From NCBI RefSeq assembly GCF_009914755.1, contig NC_060937.1: a stretch of 64,000 nucleotides of DNA. One strand, given 5' to 3'. The notes under the pieces are model-generated. The model ran no database searches. It was given only the letters and a program-made list of their open reading frames with translations, and was not told the origin of the DNA. Origin of the DNA: the human T2T-CHM13v2.0 reference genome, Homo sapiens. Numbering within the stretch: position 1 is the first letter of the stretch; each line of letters begins with the position of its first letter. A program made the position numbers and the translations under genes. Positions 16,401-30,845 of this stretch are shown in pieces.

Positions 16401-18300
16401 TATATACTGTACATAAAATACCAAAGAACCCCAAATATATATTATATACTGTACATGAAATATGAAAGTTCCCAAACTATATATTATATACTGTACATAA
16501 AATATCAAAGTACCCAAGGTATATATTCTATACTGTACAAAAAATATCAAAGTACGCAAAGCATGTATTATATACTGTTAATAAAAAATGAAAGTACATC
16601 AAATATATATTTTATTCTGTACATAAAATATCAAAGTACACCAAATATATATTCTATAGTGTACATAAAATATCAAAATACCCAAACTATACATTATATA
16701 CTGTACATAAAATATGAAATTACATCAAATATATATTATAATAGGTACATAAAATATGAAAGTACATCAAATATAAATTATATACTGTACATAAAATACC
16801 AAAGAACCCCAAATATATATTATATACTGTACATGAAATATCAAAGTTCACAAAGTATATATTATATACTGTATATAAAATATCAAAGTACCCAAGGTAT
16901 ATATTCTATACTGTACAAAAAATATCAAAGTACCCAAAGCATGTATTATATACTGTTCATAAAATATGAAAGTACATCAAATATATAATTTATTCTGTAC
17001 ATAAAATATCAAAGTACACCAAATATATATTCTATAGTGTACATTAAATATCAAACTACCCAAACTATACATTATATACTGTACATAAAATATGAAATTA
17101 CATCAAATATATATTATATTAGGTACATAAAATATGAAAGTACATCAAATATAGATTATAAACTGTACATAAAATAACAAAGAACCCCAAATATATATTG
17201 TATACTGTACATGAAATATCAAAGTTCACAAACTATATATTATATACTGTACATAAAATATCAAAGTACCCAAGGTATATATTCTATACTGTATAAAAAA
17301 TATCTAAGTACCCAAGGCATGTATTATATACTGTTCATAAAATATGAAAGTACATCAAACATATATTTTATTCTGTACATAAAATATCAAGGTTCACTAA
17401 ATATATATTCTATAGTGTACATAAAATATCAAACTACCCAAACTATACATTATATACTGTACATAAAATATGAAATTACATCAAATATATATTATATTAG
17501 GTACATAAAATATGAAAGTACATCAAATACATATTATATACTGTACATAAAATACCAAATTACCCCAAATACATATTATATACTGTACATGAAATATCAA
17601 AGTTCACAAACTATATATTATATACTGTACATAAAATATCAAAGTACCCAAGGTATATATTCTATACTGTACAAAAAATATCAAAGTACGCAAAGCATGT
17701 ATTATATAGTGTACATAAAATATGAAAGTACATCAAATATATATTTTATTCTGTACATAAAATATCAAAGTACACCAAATATATATTCTATAGTGTACAT
17801 AAAATATCAAAGTACCCAAACTATACATTATATACTGTACATAAAACATGAAATTACATCCAATATATATTATATTAGGTACATAAAATATGAAAGTACA
17901 TCAAATATAAATTATATACTGTACATAAAATACCAAAGTACCCCAAATATATATTATATACAGTACATGAAATATCAAAGTTCACAAACTATATATTATA
18001 TACTGTACATAAAATATCAAAGTACACAAGGTATATATTCCATACTGTACAAAAAATATCAAAGTACCCAAAGCATGTATTATATACTGTTCAAAAAATA
18101 TGAAATTACATCAAATATATATTTTATTCTGTACATAAAATACCAAAGTACACCAAATATATATTCTATAGTGTACATAAAATATCAAATTACCCAAACT
18201 ATACATTATATACTGTACATAAAATATGAAATTACATCAAAAATATATTATATTAGGTACATAAAATATGAAAGTACATCAAATATAAATTATATACAGT
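12880..18300 (+). repeat. Near-identical direct copy of window positions 1 to about 5420 (offset 12,879 bp)
   Basis: ORF pairs 342/13221, 543/13422, 863/13742, 1134/14013, 1686/14565, 2646/15525 and 4332/17211 are all offset by 12,879 and share private variants. The copies diverge after about 5410-5480 / 18290-18360. Confidence 0.93.
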
Positions 18301-21300
18301 ACATAAAATATCAAAGTACCCCAAATATATATTATATACTGTACATGAAATATCAAAGTTCACAAACTATATATTATATACTGTACATAAAATATCAAAG
18401 TACCCAAGGTATATATTCTATACTGTACAAAAAATATCAAAGTACCCCAAGCAAGTATTATATACTGTACATAAAATATGAAAGTACATCAAATATATAT
18501 TTTATTCTGTACATAAAGTATCAAAGTACACCAAATATATATCCTATAGTGTACATAAAATATCAAAGTACCCAAACTATACATTATATACTGTACATAA
18601 AATATGAAATTACATCAAATATATATTATATTAGGTACTTAAAATATGAAAGTACATCAAATATAAATTATATACTGTACATAAAGTACCAAAGTACCCC
18701 AAATATATATTATATACTGTACATGCAATATCAAAGTTCACAAACTATATATCATATACTGTACACAAAATATCAAAGTACCGAAGGTATATATTCTATA
18801 GTGTACAAAAAATATGAAAGTACGCAAAGCATGTATTATATACTGTACATAAAATATGAAAGTACATCAAATATATATTTTATTCTGTACATAAAATATC
18901 AAAGTGCACCAAATATATATTCTATAGTGTACATAAAATATCAAAGTACCGAAACTATACATTATATACAGTACATAAAATATGAAATTACATCAAATAT
19001 ATATTATAATAGGTACATAAAATATGAAAGTACATCAAATATAAATTATATACTGTACATAAAATACCAAAGAACCCCAAATATATATTATATACTGTAC
19101 ATGAAATATCAAAGTTCACAAACTATATATTATATACTGTATATAAAATATCAAAGTACCCAAGGTATATATTCTATACTGTACAAAAAATATCAAAGTA
19201 CCCAAAGCATGTATTATATACTGTTCATAAAATATGAAAGTACATCAAATATATATTTTATTCTGTACATAAAATATCAAAGTACACCAAATATATATTC
19301 TATAGTGTACATTAAATATCAAAGTACCCAAAGTATACATTATATACTGTACATAAAATATGAAATTACATCAAATATATATTATATTAGGTACATAAAA
19401 TATGAAAGTACATCAAATATAGATTATATACTGTACATAAAATATCAAAGTACCCCAAATATATATTATATACTGTACATGAAATATCAAAGTTCACAAA
19501 GTATATATTATATACTGTACATAAAATATCAAAGTACCCAAGGTATATGTTCTATACTGTACAAAAAATATCAAAGTACCCAAAGCATGTATTATATACT
19601 GTACATAAAATATGAAACTACATCAAATAAATATTTTATTCTGTACATAAAATATCAAAGTACACCAAATATATATTCTATAGTGTACATAAAATATCAA
19701 AGTACCCAAACTATACATTATATACTGTACAAAAAATATGAAACTGCATCAAATATATATTATAATAGGTACATAAAATATGAAAGTACATCAAATATTA
19801 ATTATATACTGTACATAAAATACCAAAGAACACCAAATATATATTATATACTGTACATGAAATATCAAAGTTCACAAACTATATATTATATACTGTATAT
19901 AAAATATCAAAGTACCCAAGGTATATATTCTGTACTGTATAAAAAATATCAAAGTACCCAAAGCATGTATTATATACTGTTCATAAAATATGAAAGTTCA
20001 TCAAATATATATTTTATTCTGTACATAAAATATCAAAGTACACCAAATATATATTCTATAGTGTACATAAAATATCAAAGTACCCAAACCATACATTATA
20101 TACTGTACATAAAATATGAAATTACATCCAATATATATTATATTAGGTACATAAAATATGAAAGTACATCAAATATAGATTATATAGTGTACATAAAATA
20201 CCAAAGTACCCAAATATATATTATATACTGTACATGAAATATCAAAGTTCACAAACTATATATTATATACTGTACATAAAATATCAAGGTACCCAAGGAA
20301 TATATTCTATACTCTACAAAAAATATCAAAGTACCCAAAGCATGTATTATATACGGTACATAAAATATGAAAGTACATCAAATATATATTTAATTCTGTA
20401 CATAAAATATTAAAGTACACCAAATATATATTCTATAGTGTACATAAAATATCAAAGTACCCAAACTATACATTATATACTGTACATAAAATATGAAATT
20501 ACGTCAAATATATATTATATTATGTACATAAAATATGAAAGTACATCAAATATAGATTATATACTGTACATAAAATACCAAAGTACACCAAATATATATT
20601 TTATACTGTACATGAAATATCAAAGTTCACAAACTATGTATTATATACTGTAGATAAAATATCAAAGTACCCAAGGTATGTATTCTATACTGTACAAAAA
20701 ATATCAAAGTACCCAAAGCATGTATTATATACTGTACATAAAATATGAAAGTACATCAAATATAGATTATATACTGTACATAAAATACCAAAGTACCCCA
20801 AATACATATTATATACTGTACATGAAATATCAAAGTTCACAAACTATATATTATATACTGTACATAAAATATGAAAGTACCCAAGGTATATATTCTATAA
20901 TGTAAAAAAATATCAAAGTACCCAAAGCAAGTATTATATACTGTACATAAAATATGAAAGTACATCAAATGTATATTTAATTCTGTACATAAAATATCAA
21001 AGTACACCAAATATGTATTCTATAGTGTACATAAAATATCAATGTAGCCAAACTATACATTATATACTGTACATAAAATATGAAATTACATCAAATATAT
21101 ATTATATTATGTACATAAAATATGAAACTACATCAAATATAGATTATATACTGTACATAAAATACCAAAGTACACCAAATATATATTTTATACTGTACAT
21201 GCAATATCAAAGTTCACAAACTATATATTATATACTGCACATAAAATATCAAAGTACCCAAGGTATATATTCTATACTGTGCAAAAAATATCAAAGTACC

Positions 21301-23045
21301 CAAAGCATGTATTATATACTGTACATAAAATATGAAAGTACATCAAATATATATTTTATTCTGTACATAAAATATCAAAGTACACTAAATATATATTCTA
21401 TAGTGTACATAAAATATCAAAGTACCCAAACTATACATTATATACTGTACATAAAATATGAAATTACATCAAATATATATTATATTAGGTACATAAAATA
21501 TGAAAGTACATCAAATATAGATTATATACTGTACATAAAATACCAAAGTACCCCAAATACAAATTATATACTGTACATGAAATATCAAAGTTCACAAACT
21601 ATATATTATATACTGTACATAAAATATCAAAGTACCCAAGGTATATATTCTATACTGTTCAAAAAATATCAAAGTTCCCAAAGCAAGTATTATATACTGT
21701 ACATAAAATATGAAAGTACATCAAATATATATTTTATTCTGTACATAAAATATCAAAGTACACCAAATATATATTCTATAGTGTACATAAAATATCAAAG
21801 TACCCAAACTATACATTATATACTGTACATAAAATATGAAATTACATCAAATATATATTATAATAGGTACTTAAAATATGAAAGTACATCAAATATAAAT
21901 TATATACTGTACATAAAATTCCAAAGTACCCCAAATATATATTATATACTGTACATGCAATATCAAAGTTCACAAACTATATATCATATACTGTACATAA
22001 AATATCAAAGTACCGAAGGCATATATTCTATAGTGTACAAAAAATATGAAAGTACGCAAAGCATGTATTATATACTGTACATAAAATATGAAAGTACATC
22101 AAATATATATTTTATTCTGTACATAAAATATCAAAGTACACCAAATATATATTCTATAGTGTACATAAAATATCAAAGTACCCAAACTATACATTATATA
22201 CAGTACATAAAATATGAAATTACATCAAATATATATAATAATAGGTACATAAAATATGAAAGTACATCAAATATAAATTATATACTGTACATAAAACACC
22301 AAAGAACCCCAAATATATATTATATACTTTACATGAAATATCAATGTTCACAATCTATATATTATATACTGTATATAAAATATCAAAGTACTGAAGGTAT
22401 ATATTCTATACTGTACAAAAAATATCAAAGTACCCAAAGCATGTATTATATACTGTTCATAAAATATGAAACTACATCAAATATATATTTTATTCTGTAC
22501 ATAAAATATCAAAGTACACCAAATATATATTCTATAGTGTACATAAAATATCAAAGTACCCAAACTATACATTATAAACTGTACATAAAATATGAAAGTA
22601 CATCAAATATATACTATATTATGTACATAAAATATGAAAGTACATCAAATATATATTTTATTTTGTACATAAAATATCAAAGTACACCAAATATATATTC
22701 TATAGTGTACATAAAATATCAAAGTACCCAAACTATACATTATAAACTGTACATAAAATATGAAAGTACATCAAATATATACTATATTATGTACATAAAA
22801 TATGAAAGTACATCAAATATATATTTTATTCTGTACATAAAATATCAAAGTACACCAAATATATATTCTATACTGTACATAAAATATCAAGGTACCCAAA
22901 CTATACATTACATACTGTACATAAAATATGAAATTACATCAAATATATATTATATTAGGTACATAAAATATGAAAGTACATCAAATATAGATTCTATACT
23001 GTACATAAAATATCAAAGTACCCAAATATATATCATATACTGTAC
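13431..23045 (+). repeat. 378-bp 9-mer domain 2 (about 23 units, one 210-bp 5-mer, and a 17-monomer transition unit 22333-23045)
   Basis: 378-bp spacing of unit starts from 13431 to 19857, then 20234 (-1), 20612, 20822 (210 bp), 21199 (-1), 21577, 21955, 22333. Confidence 0.9.
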
Positions 23046-26000
23046 ATGAAATATCAAAGTACACAAACTATATATTATATACTGTACATAAAATATCAAA
23101 GTACCCAAACTATACATTATATACTGTACATAAAATATGAAATTACATCAAATATATATTATATTAGGTATGTAAAATATGAAAATACATCAAATATAGA
23201 TTATATACTGTACATAAAATAGCAAAGTACCCCAAATATATATTTTATACTCTACATGAAATATCAAAGTTCTCAAACTATATATTATATACTGCACATG
23301 AAATATCAAAGTACCCAAGGTATATATTCCATACTGTACAAAAAATATCAAAGTACCCAAAGCATATATTATATGCTGTACATAAAATATGAAAGTACAT
23401 CAAATATATATGTTATTCTGTACATAAAATATCAAAGTACAGCAAATATATATTCTATACTGTACATAAAATATCAAGGTACCCAAACTATACATTACAT
23501 ACTGTACATAAAATATGAAATTACATCAAATATATATTATATTAGGTACATAAAATATGAAAGTACATCAAATATAGTTTCTATACTGTACATAAAATAT
23601 CAAAGTACCCAAATATATATCATATACTGTACATGAAATATCAAAGTTCACAAACTATATATTATATACTGTACATAAAATATCAAAGTACCCAAACTAT
23701 ACATTATATACTGTACTTAAAATATGAAATTACATCAAATATATATTTTATTAGGTACGTAAAATATGAAAGTACATCAAATATAGATTATATACTGTAC
23801 ATAAAATACCAAAGTACCCCAAATATATATTTTATACTGTACATGAAATATCAAAGTTTTCAAACTATATATTATATACTGCACATAAAATATCAAAGTA
23901 CCCAAGGTAAATATTCCATACTGTACAAAAAATATCGAAGTACCCAAAGCATATATTATATGCTGTACATAAAATATGAAAGTACATGAAATATATATTT
24001 TATTCTCTACATAAAATATCAAAGTACACCAAATATATATTCTATACTGTACATAAAATATCAAGGTACCCAAACTATACATTACATACTGTACATAAAA
24101 TATGAAATTACATCAAATATATATTATATTAGGTACATAAAATATGAAAGTACATCAAATATAGATTCTATACTGTACATAAAATATCAAAGTACCCAAA
24201 AATCTATCAGATACTGTACATGAAATATCAAAGTTCACAAACTATATATTATATACTGTACATAAAATATCAAAGTACCCAAACTATACATTATATACTG
24301 TACATAAAAGATGAAATTACATCAAATATATATTATATTAGGTATGTAAAATATGAAAGTACATCAAATATAGATTATATACTGTACATAATATACCAAA
24401 GTACCCCAAATATATATTTTATACTGTACATGAAATATCAAAGTTCTCAAACTATATATTATATACTGCACATAAAATATCAAAGTACCCAAGGTATATA
24501 TTCCATACTGTACAAAAAATATCAAAGTACCCAAAGCATATATTATATGCTGTACATAAAATGTGAATGTACATCAAATATATATTTTATTCTGTACATA
24601 AAATATCAAAGTACACCAAATATATATTCTATACTGTACATAAAATATCAAGGTACCCAAACTATACATTATATACTGTACATAAAATATGAAATTACAT
24701 CAAATATATATTATATTAGGTACATAAAATATGAAAGTACATCAAATATAGATTATATACTGTACATAAAATATCAAAGTACCCAAATATATATCATATA
24801 CTGTACATGAAATATCAAAGTTCACAAACTATATATTATATACTGTACATAAAATATCAAAGTACCCAAACTATACATTATATACTGTACATAAAATATG
24901 AAATTACATCAAACATATATTATATTAGGTATGTAAAATATGAAAGTACATCAAGTATAGATTATATACTGTACATAAAATACCAAAGTACCCCAAATAT
25001 ATATTTTATACTGTACATGAAATATCAAAGTTCTCAAACTATATATTATATACTGCACATAAAATATCAAAGTACCCAAGGTATATATTCCATACTGTAC
25101 AAAAAATATCAAAGTACCCAAAGCATATATTATATGCTGTACATAAAATGTGAAAGTACATGAAATATATATTTTATTCTGTATATAAAATATCAAATTA
25201 CACCAAATATATATTCTATACTGTACATAAAATATCAAGGTACCCAAACTATACATTACATACTGTACATAAAATATGAAATTACATCAAATATATATTA
25301 TATTAGGTACATAAAATATGAAAGTACATCAAATATAGATTCTATACTGTACATAAAATATCAAAGTACCCAAATATATATCATATACTGTACATGAAAT
25401 ATCAAAGTTCACAAACTATATATTATATACTGTACATAAAATATCAAAGTACCCAAACTATACATTATATACTGTACATAAAATATGAAATTACATCAAA
25501 TATATATTATATTAGGTATGTAAAATATGAAAGTACATCAAATATAGATTATATACTGTACATAAAATACCAAAGTACCCCAAATATATATTTTATACTG
25601 TACATGAAATATCAAAGTTCTCAACCTATATATTATATACTGCACATAAAATATCAAAGTACCCAAGGTATATATTCCATACTGTCCAAAAAATATCAAA
25701 GTACCCAAAGCATATATTATATGCTGTACATAAAATATGAAAGTACATCAAATATATATTTTATTCTGTACATAAAATATCAAAGTACACCAAATATATA
25801 TTCTATACTGTACATAAAATATCAAGGTACCCAAACTATACATTACATACTGTACATAAAATATGAAATTACATCAAATATGTATTATATTAGGTACATA
25901 AAATATGAAAGTACATCAAATATAGATTATATACTGTACATAAAATATCAAAGTACCCAAATATATATCATATACAGTACATGAAATATCAAAGTTCACA

Positions 26001-28914
26001 AACTATATATTATATACTGTACATAAAATATCAAAGTATCCAAACTATACATTATATACTGTACATAAAAGATGAAATTACATCAAATATATATTATATT
26101 AGGTATGTAAAATATGAAAGTGCATCAAATATAGATTGTATACTGTACATAAAATACCAACGTACCCCAAATATATATTTTATACTGTACATGAAATATC
26201 AAACTTCTCAAACTATATATTATATACTGCACATAAAATATCAAAGTTCCCAAGGTATATATTCCATACTGTACAAAAAATATCAAAGTACCCAAAGCAT
26301 ATATTATATGCTGTACATAAAATATGAAAGTACATGAAATATATATTTTATTCTGTATATAAATATCAAAGTACACCAAATATATATTCTATACTGTACA
26401 TAAAATATCAAGGTACCCAAACTATACATTACATACTGTACATAAAATATGAAATTACATCAAATATATATTATATTAGGTACATAAAATATGAAAGTAC
26501 ATCAAATATAGATTCTATACTGTACATAAAATATCAAAGTACCCAAATATATATCATATACTGTACATGAAATATCAAAGTTCACAAACTATATATTATA
26601 TACTGTACATAAAATATCAAAGTACCCAAACTATACATCATATACTGTACATAAAATATGAAATTACATCAAATATATATTATATTAGGTATGTAAAATA
26701 TGAAAGTACATCAAATATAGATTATATACTGTACATAAAATACCAAAGTACCGCAAATATATATTTTATTCTCTACATGAAATATCAAAGTTCTCAAACT
26801 ATATATTATATACTGCACGTAAAATATCAAAGTACCCAAGGTATATATTCCATACTGTACAAAAAATATCAAAGTACCCAAAGCATATATTATATGCTGT
26901 ACATAAAATATGAAAGTACATCAAATATATATTTTATTCTGTACATAAAATATCAAAGTACACTAAATATATATTCTATACTGTACATAAAATATCAAGG
27001 TACCCAAACTATACATTATATACTGTACCTAGAATATGAAATTACATCAAATATACATTATATTAGGTACATAAAATATGAAAGTACATCAAATATAGAT
27101 TATATACTGTACATAAAATATCAAAGTACCCAAATATATGTCATATACTGTACATGAAATATCAAAGTTTACAAACTATATATTATATACTGTACATAAA
27201 ATATCAAAGTATCCTAACTATACATTATATACTGTACATAAAATATGAAATTACATCAAATATATATTATATTAGGTATGTAAAATATGAAAGTACATCA
27301 AATATAGATTATATACTGTATATAAAATACCAAAGTACCCCAAATATATATTTTATACTGTACATGAAATATCAAAGTTCTCAAACTATATATTATATAC
27401 TGCACATAAAATATCAAAGTACCCAAGGTATATATTCCATACTGTACAAAAAATATCAAAGTACCCAAAGCATATATTATATGCTGTACATAAAATATGA
27501 AAGTACATCAAATATATATTTTATTCTGTACATAAAATATCAAAGTACACTAAATATATATTCTATACTGTACATAAAATATCAAGGTACCCAAACTATA
27601 CATTATATACTGTACCTAGAATATGAAATTACATCAAATATACATTATATTAGGTACATAAAATATGAAAGTACATCAAATATAGATTATATACTGTACA
27701 TAAAATATCAAAGTACCCAAATATATATCATATACTGTACATGAAATATCAAAGTTTACAAACTATATATTATATACTGTACATAAAATATCAAAGTATC
27801 CTAACTATACATTATATACTGTACATAAAATATGAAATTACATCAAATATATATTATATTAGGTATGTAAAATATGAAAGTACATCAAATATAGATTATA
27901 TACTGTATATAAAATACCAAAGTACCCCAAATATATATTTTATACTGTACATGAAATATCAAAGTTCTCAAACTATATATTATATACTGCACATAAAATA
28001 TCAAAGTACCCAAGGTATATATTCCATACTGTACAAAAAATATCAAAGTACCCAAAGCATATATTATATGCTGTACATAAAATATGAAAGTACATCAAAT
28101 ATATATTTTATTCTGTACATAAAATATCAAAGTACACTAAATATATATTCTATACTGTACATAAAATAACAAGGTACCCAAACTATACATTATATACTGT
28201 ACCTAGAATATGAAATTACATCAAATATATATTATATTAGGTACATAAAATATGAAAGTACATCAAATATAGATTATATACTGTACATAAAATATCAAAG
28301 TACCCAAATATATATCATATACTGTTCATGAAATATCAAAGTTCACAAACTATATATTATATACTGTACATAAAATATCAAAGTACCCAAACTATACATT
28401 ATATACTGTACATAAAATATGAAATTACATCAAATATATATTATATTAGGTATGTAAAATATGAAAGTACATCAAATATAGATTATATACTGTACATAAA
28501 ATACCAAAGTACCCCAAATATATATTTTATACTGTACATGAAATATCAAAGTTCTCAAACTATATATTATATACTGCACATAAAATATCAAAGTACCCAA
28601 GGTATATATTCCATACTGTACAAAAAATATCAAAGTACCCAAAGCATATATTATATGCTGTACATAAAATATGAAAGTACATCAAATATATATTTTATTC
28701 TGTACATAAAATATCAAAGTACACCAAATATATATTCTATACTGTACATAAAATATCAAGGTACCCAAAATATACATTATATACTGTACATAAAATATGA
28801 AATTACATCAAATATATATTATATTAGGTACATAAAATATGAAAGTACATCAAATATAGTTTATATACTGTACATAAAATATCAAAGTACCCAAATATAT
28901 ATAATATACTGTAC
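23046..28914 (+). repeat. 587-bp 14-mer domain 2 (ten units)
   Basis: Unit starts at 23046, 23633, 24220, 24807, 25394, 25981, 26567 (-1), 27154, 27741, 28328. Confidence 0.92.
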
Positions 28915-30845
28915 ATGAAATATCAAAGTTCACAAACTATATATTATATACTGTACACAAAATATCAAAGTATCCAAGGTATATATTCTATACTGTACAA
29001 AAAATATCAAAGTACCCAAATCATGTATTATATACTGTACATAAAATATGAAAGTAAATCAAATATATATTTTATTCTGTACATAAAATATCAAAGTACA
29101 CCAGATATATATTTTATTGTGTACATAAAATATCAAAGTACCCAAACTATACATTATATACTGTACATAAAATATGAAATTACATCAAATATATATTATA
29201 TTAGGTACATAAAATATGAAAGTACATCAAATATAGATTATATACTGTATATAAAATATCAAAGTACCCCAAATATATATTATATACTGTACATGAAATA
29301 TCAAAGAACCCAAGGTATATATTCTATACTGTAGAAAAAATATCAAAGTACCAAAAGCATGTATTATATACTGTACATGAAATATGAAAATACATCAAAT
29401 ATATATTTTATTATGTACAAAAAATATCAAAGTACACCAGATATATATTTTATAGTGTACATAAAATATCAAAGTACCTAAAGTATACATCATATACTGT
29501 ACATAAAATATGAAATTACATCAAATATATATTATATTTGGTACGTAAAATATGAAATTACATCAAATATAGATTATATACTGTACATAAAATATCAAAG
29601 TACCCCAAATATATATTATATACTGTACATGAAATATCAAAGTTCACAAACTATATATTATATACTGTACATAAAATATCAAAGTACCCAATGTATATAT
29701 TCTATACTGTACAAAAAATATCAAAGTACCCAAAGCATGTATTATATACTGTACATAAAATATGAAAGTACATCAAATATATATTTTATTCTGAACATAA
29801 AATATCAAAGTACAACAGATATATATTTTATAGTGTAGATAAAATATCAAAGTACTCAAACTATACATTATATACTGTACATAAAATATGAAATTACATC
29901 AAATATATATTATATTAGGTACATAAAATATGAAAGTACATCAAATATAGATTATATACTGTACATAAAATATCAAAGTACCCCAAATATATATTATATA
30001 CTCTACATGAAATATCAAACTTCAGAATCTATATATTATATACTGTAGAGAAAATATTAAAGTACCCAACGTATATATTCTATACTGTACAAAAAATATC
30101 AAAGTATGCAAAGCATGTATTATATACTGTACATAAAATATGAAAGTACATCAAATATATATTTTATTCTGTACATAAAATATCAAAGTACACCAGATAT
30201 ATATTTTATCGTGTACATAAAATATCAAAGTACCCAAACTATACATTATATACTGTACATAAAATATGAAATTACATCAAATATATATTATATTAGGTAC
30301 ATAAAATATGAAAGTAGATCAAATATAGATTATTAACTGTACATAAAATATCAAAGAACCCCAAATATATATTATATACTGTACATGAAATATCAAACTT
30401 CACAAACTATATATTATATACTGTACATAAAATATCAAATTACCGAAGGTATATATTCTATACTGTACAAAAAATATCAAAGTACCCAAAGCATGTATTA
30501 TATACTGTACATAAAATATGAAAGTACATCAAATATATATTTTATTCTGTACATATAATATCAAAGTACACCAGATATATATTTTATAGTGTACATAAAA
30601 TATCAAAGTACCCAAACTATACATTATATACTCCACATAAAATATGAAATTACATCAAATATATATTATATTAGGTACATAAAATATGAAAGTACATCAA
30701 ATATAGATTATATACTGTACATAAAATATAAAAGAACCCCAAATATATATTATATACTGTACTTGAAATATCAAACTTCACAAACTATATATTATATACT
30801 GTACATAAAATATCAAAGTACCCAAATATATATCATATACTGTAC
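28915..30845 (+). repeat. Island of divergent 9-mer subtype (four 9-mers, one 336-bp 8-mer, 2-monomer remnant)
   Basis: Starts at 28915, 29293 (A/B-fused 8-mer), 29629, 30007, 30385, 30763. The E monomer reads 'cagatatatatttt' in each of the five longer units, a variant not seen in 9-mer domains 1 and 2. Confidence 0.85.

Noticed and set aside
4332-23049. Very long ORFs (957, 487, 1008, 678 aa) of Tyr/Ile/Lys-rich 14-aa repeats
   Set aside because: The monomer length is divisible by 3 and one frame of the consensus lacks stops. ORF ends fall at random point mutations or indels, and the sequence has no non-repetitive domain or gene context. These are satellite artefacts.
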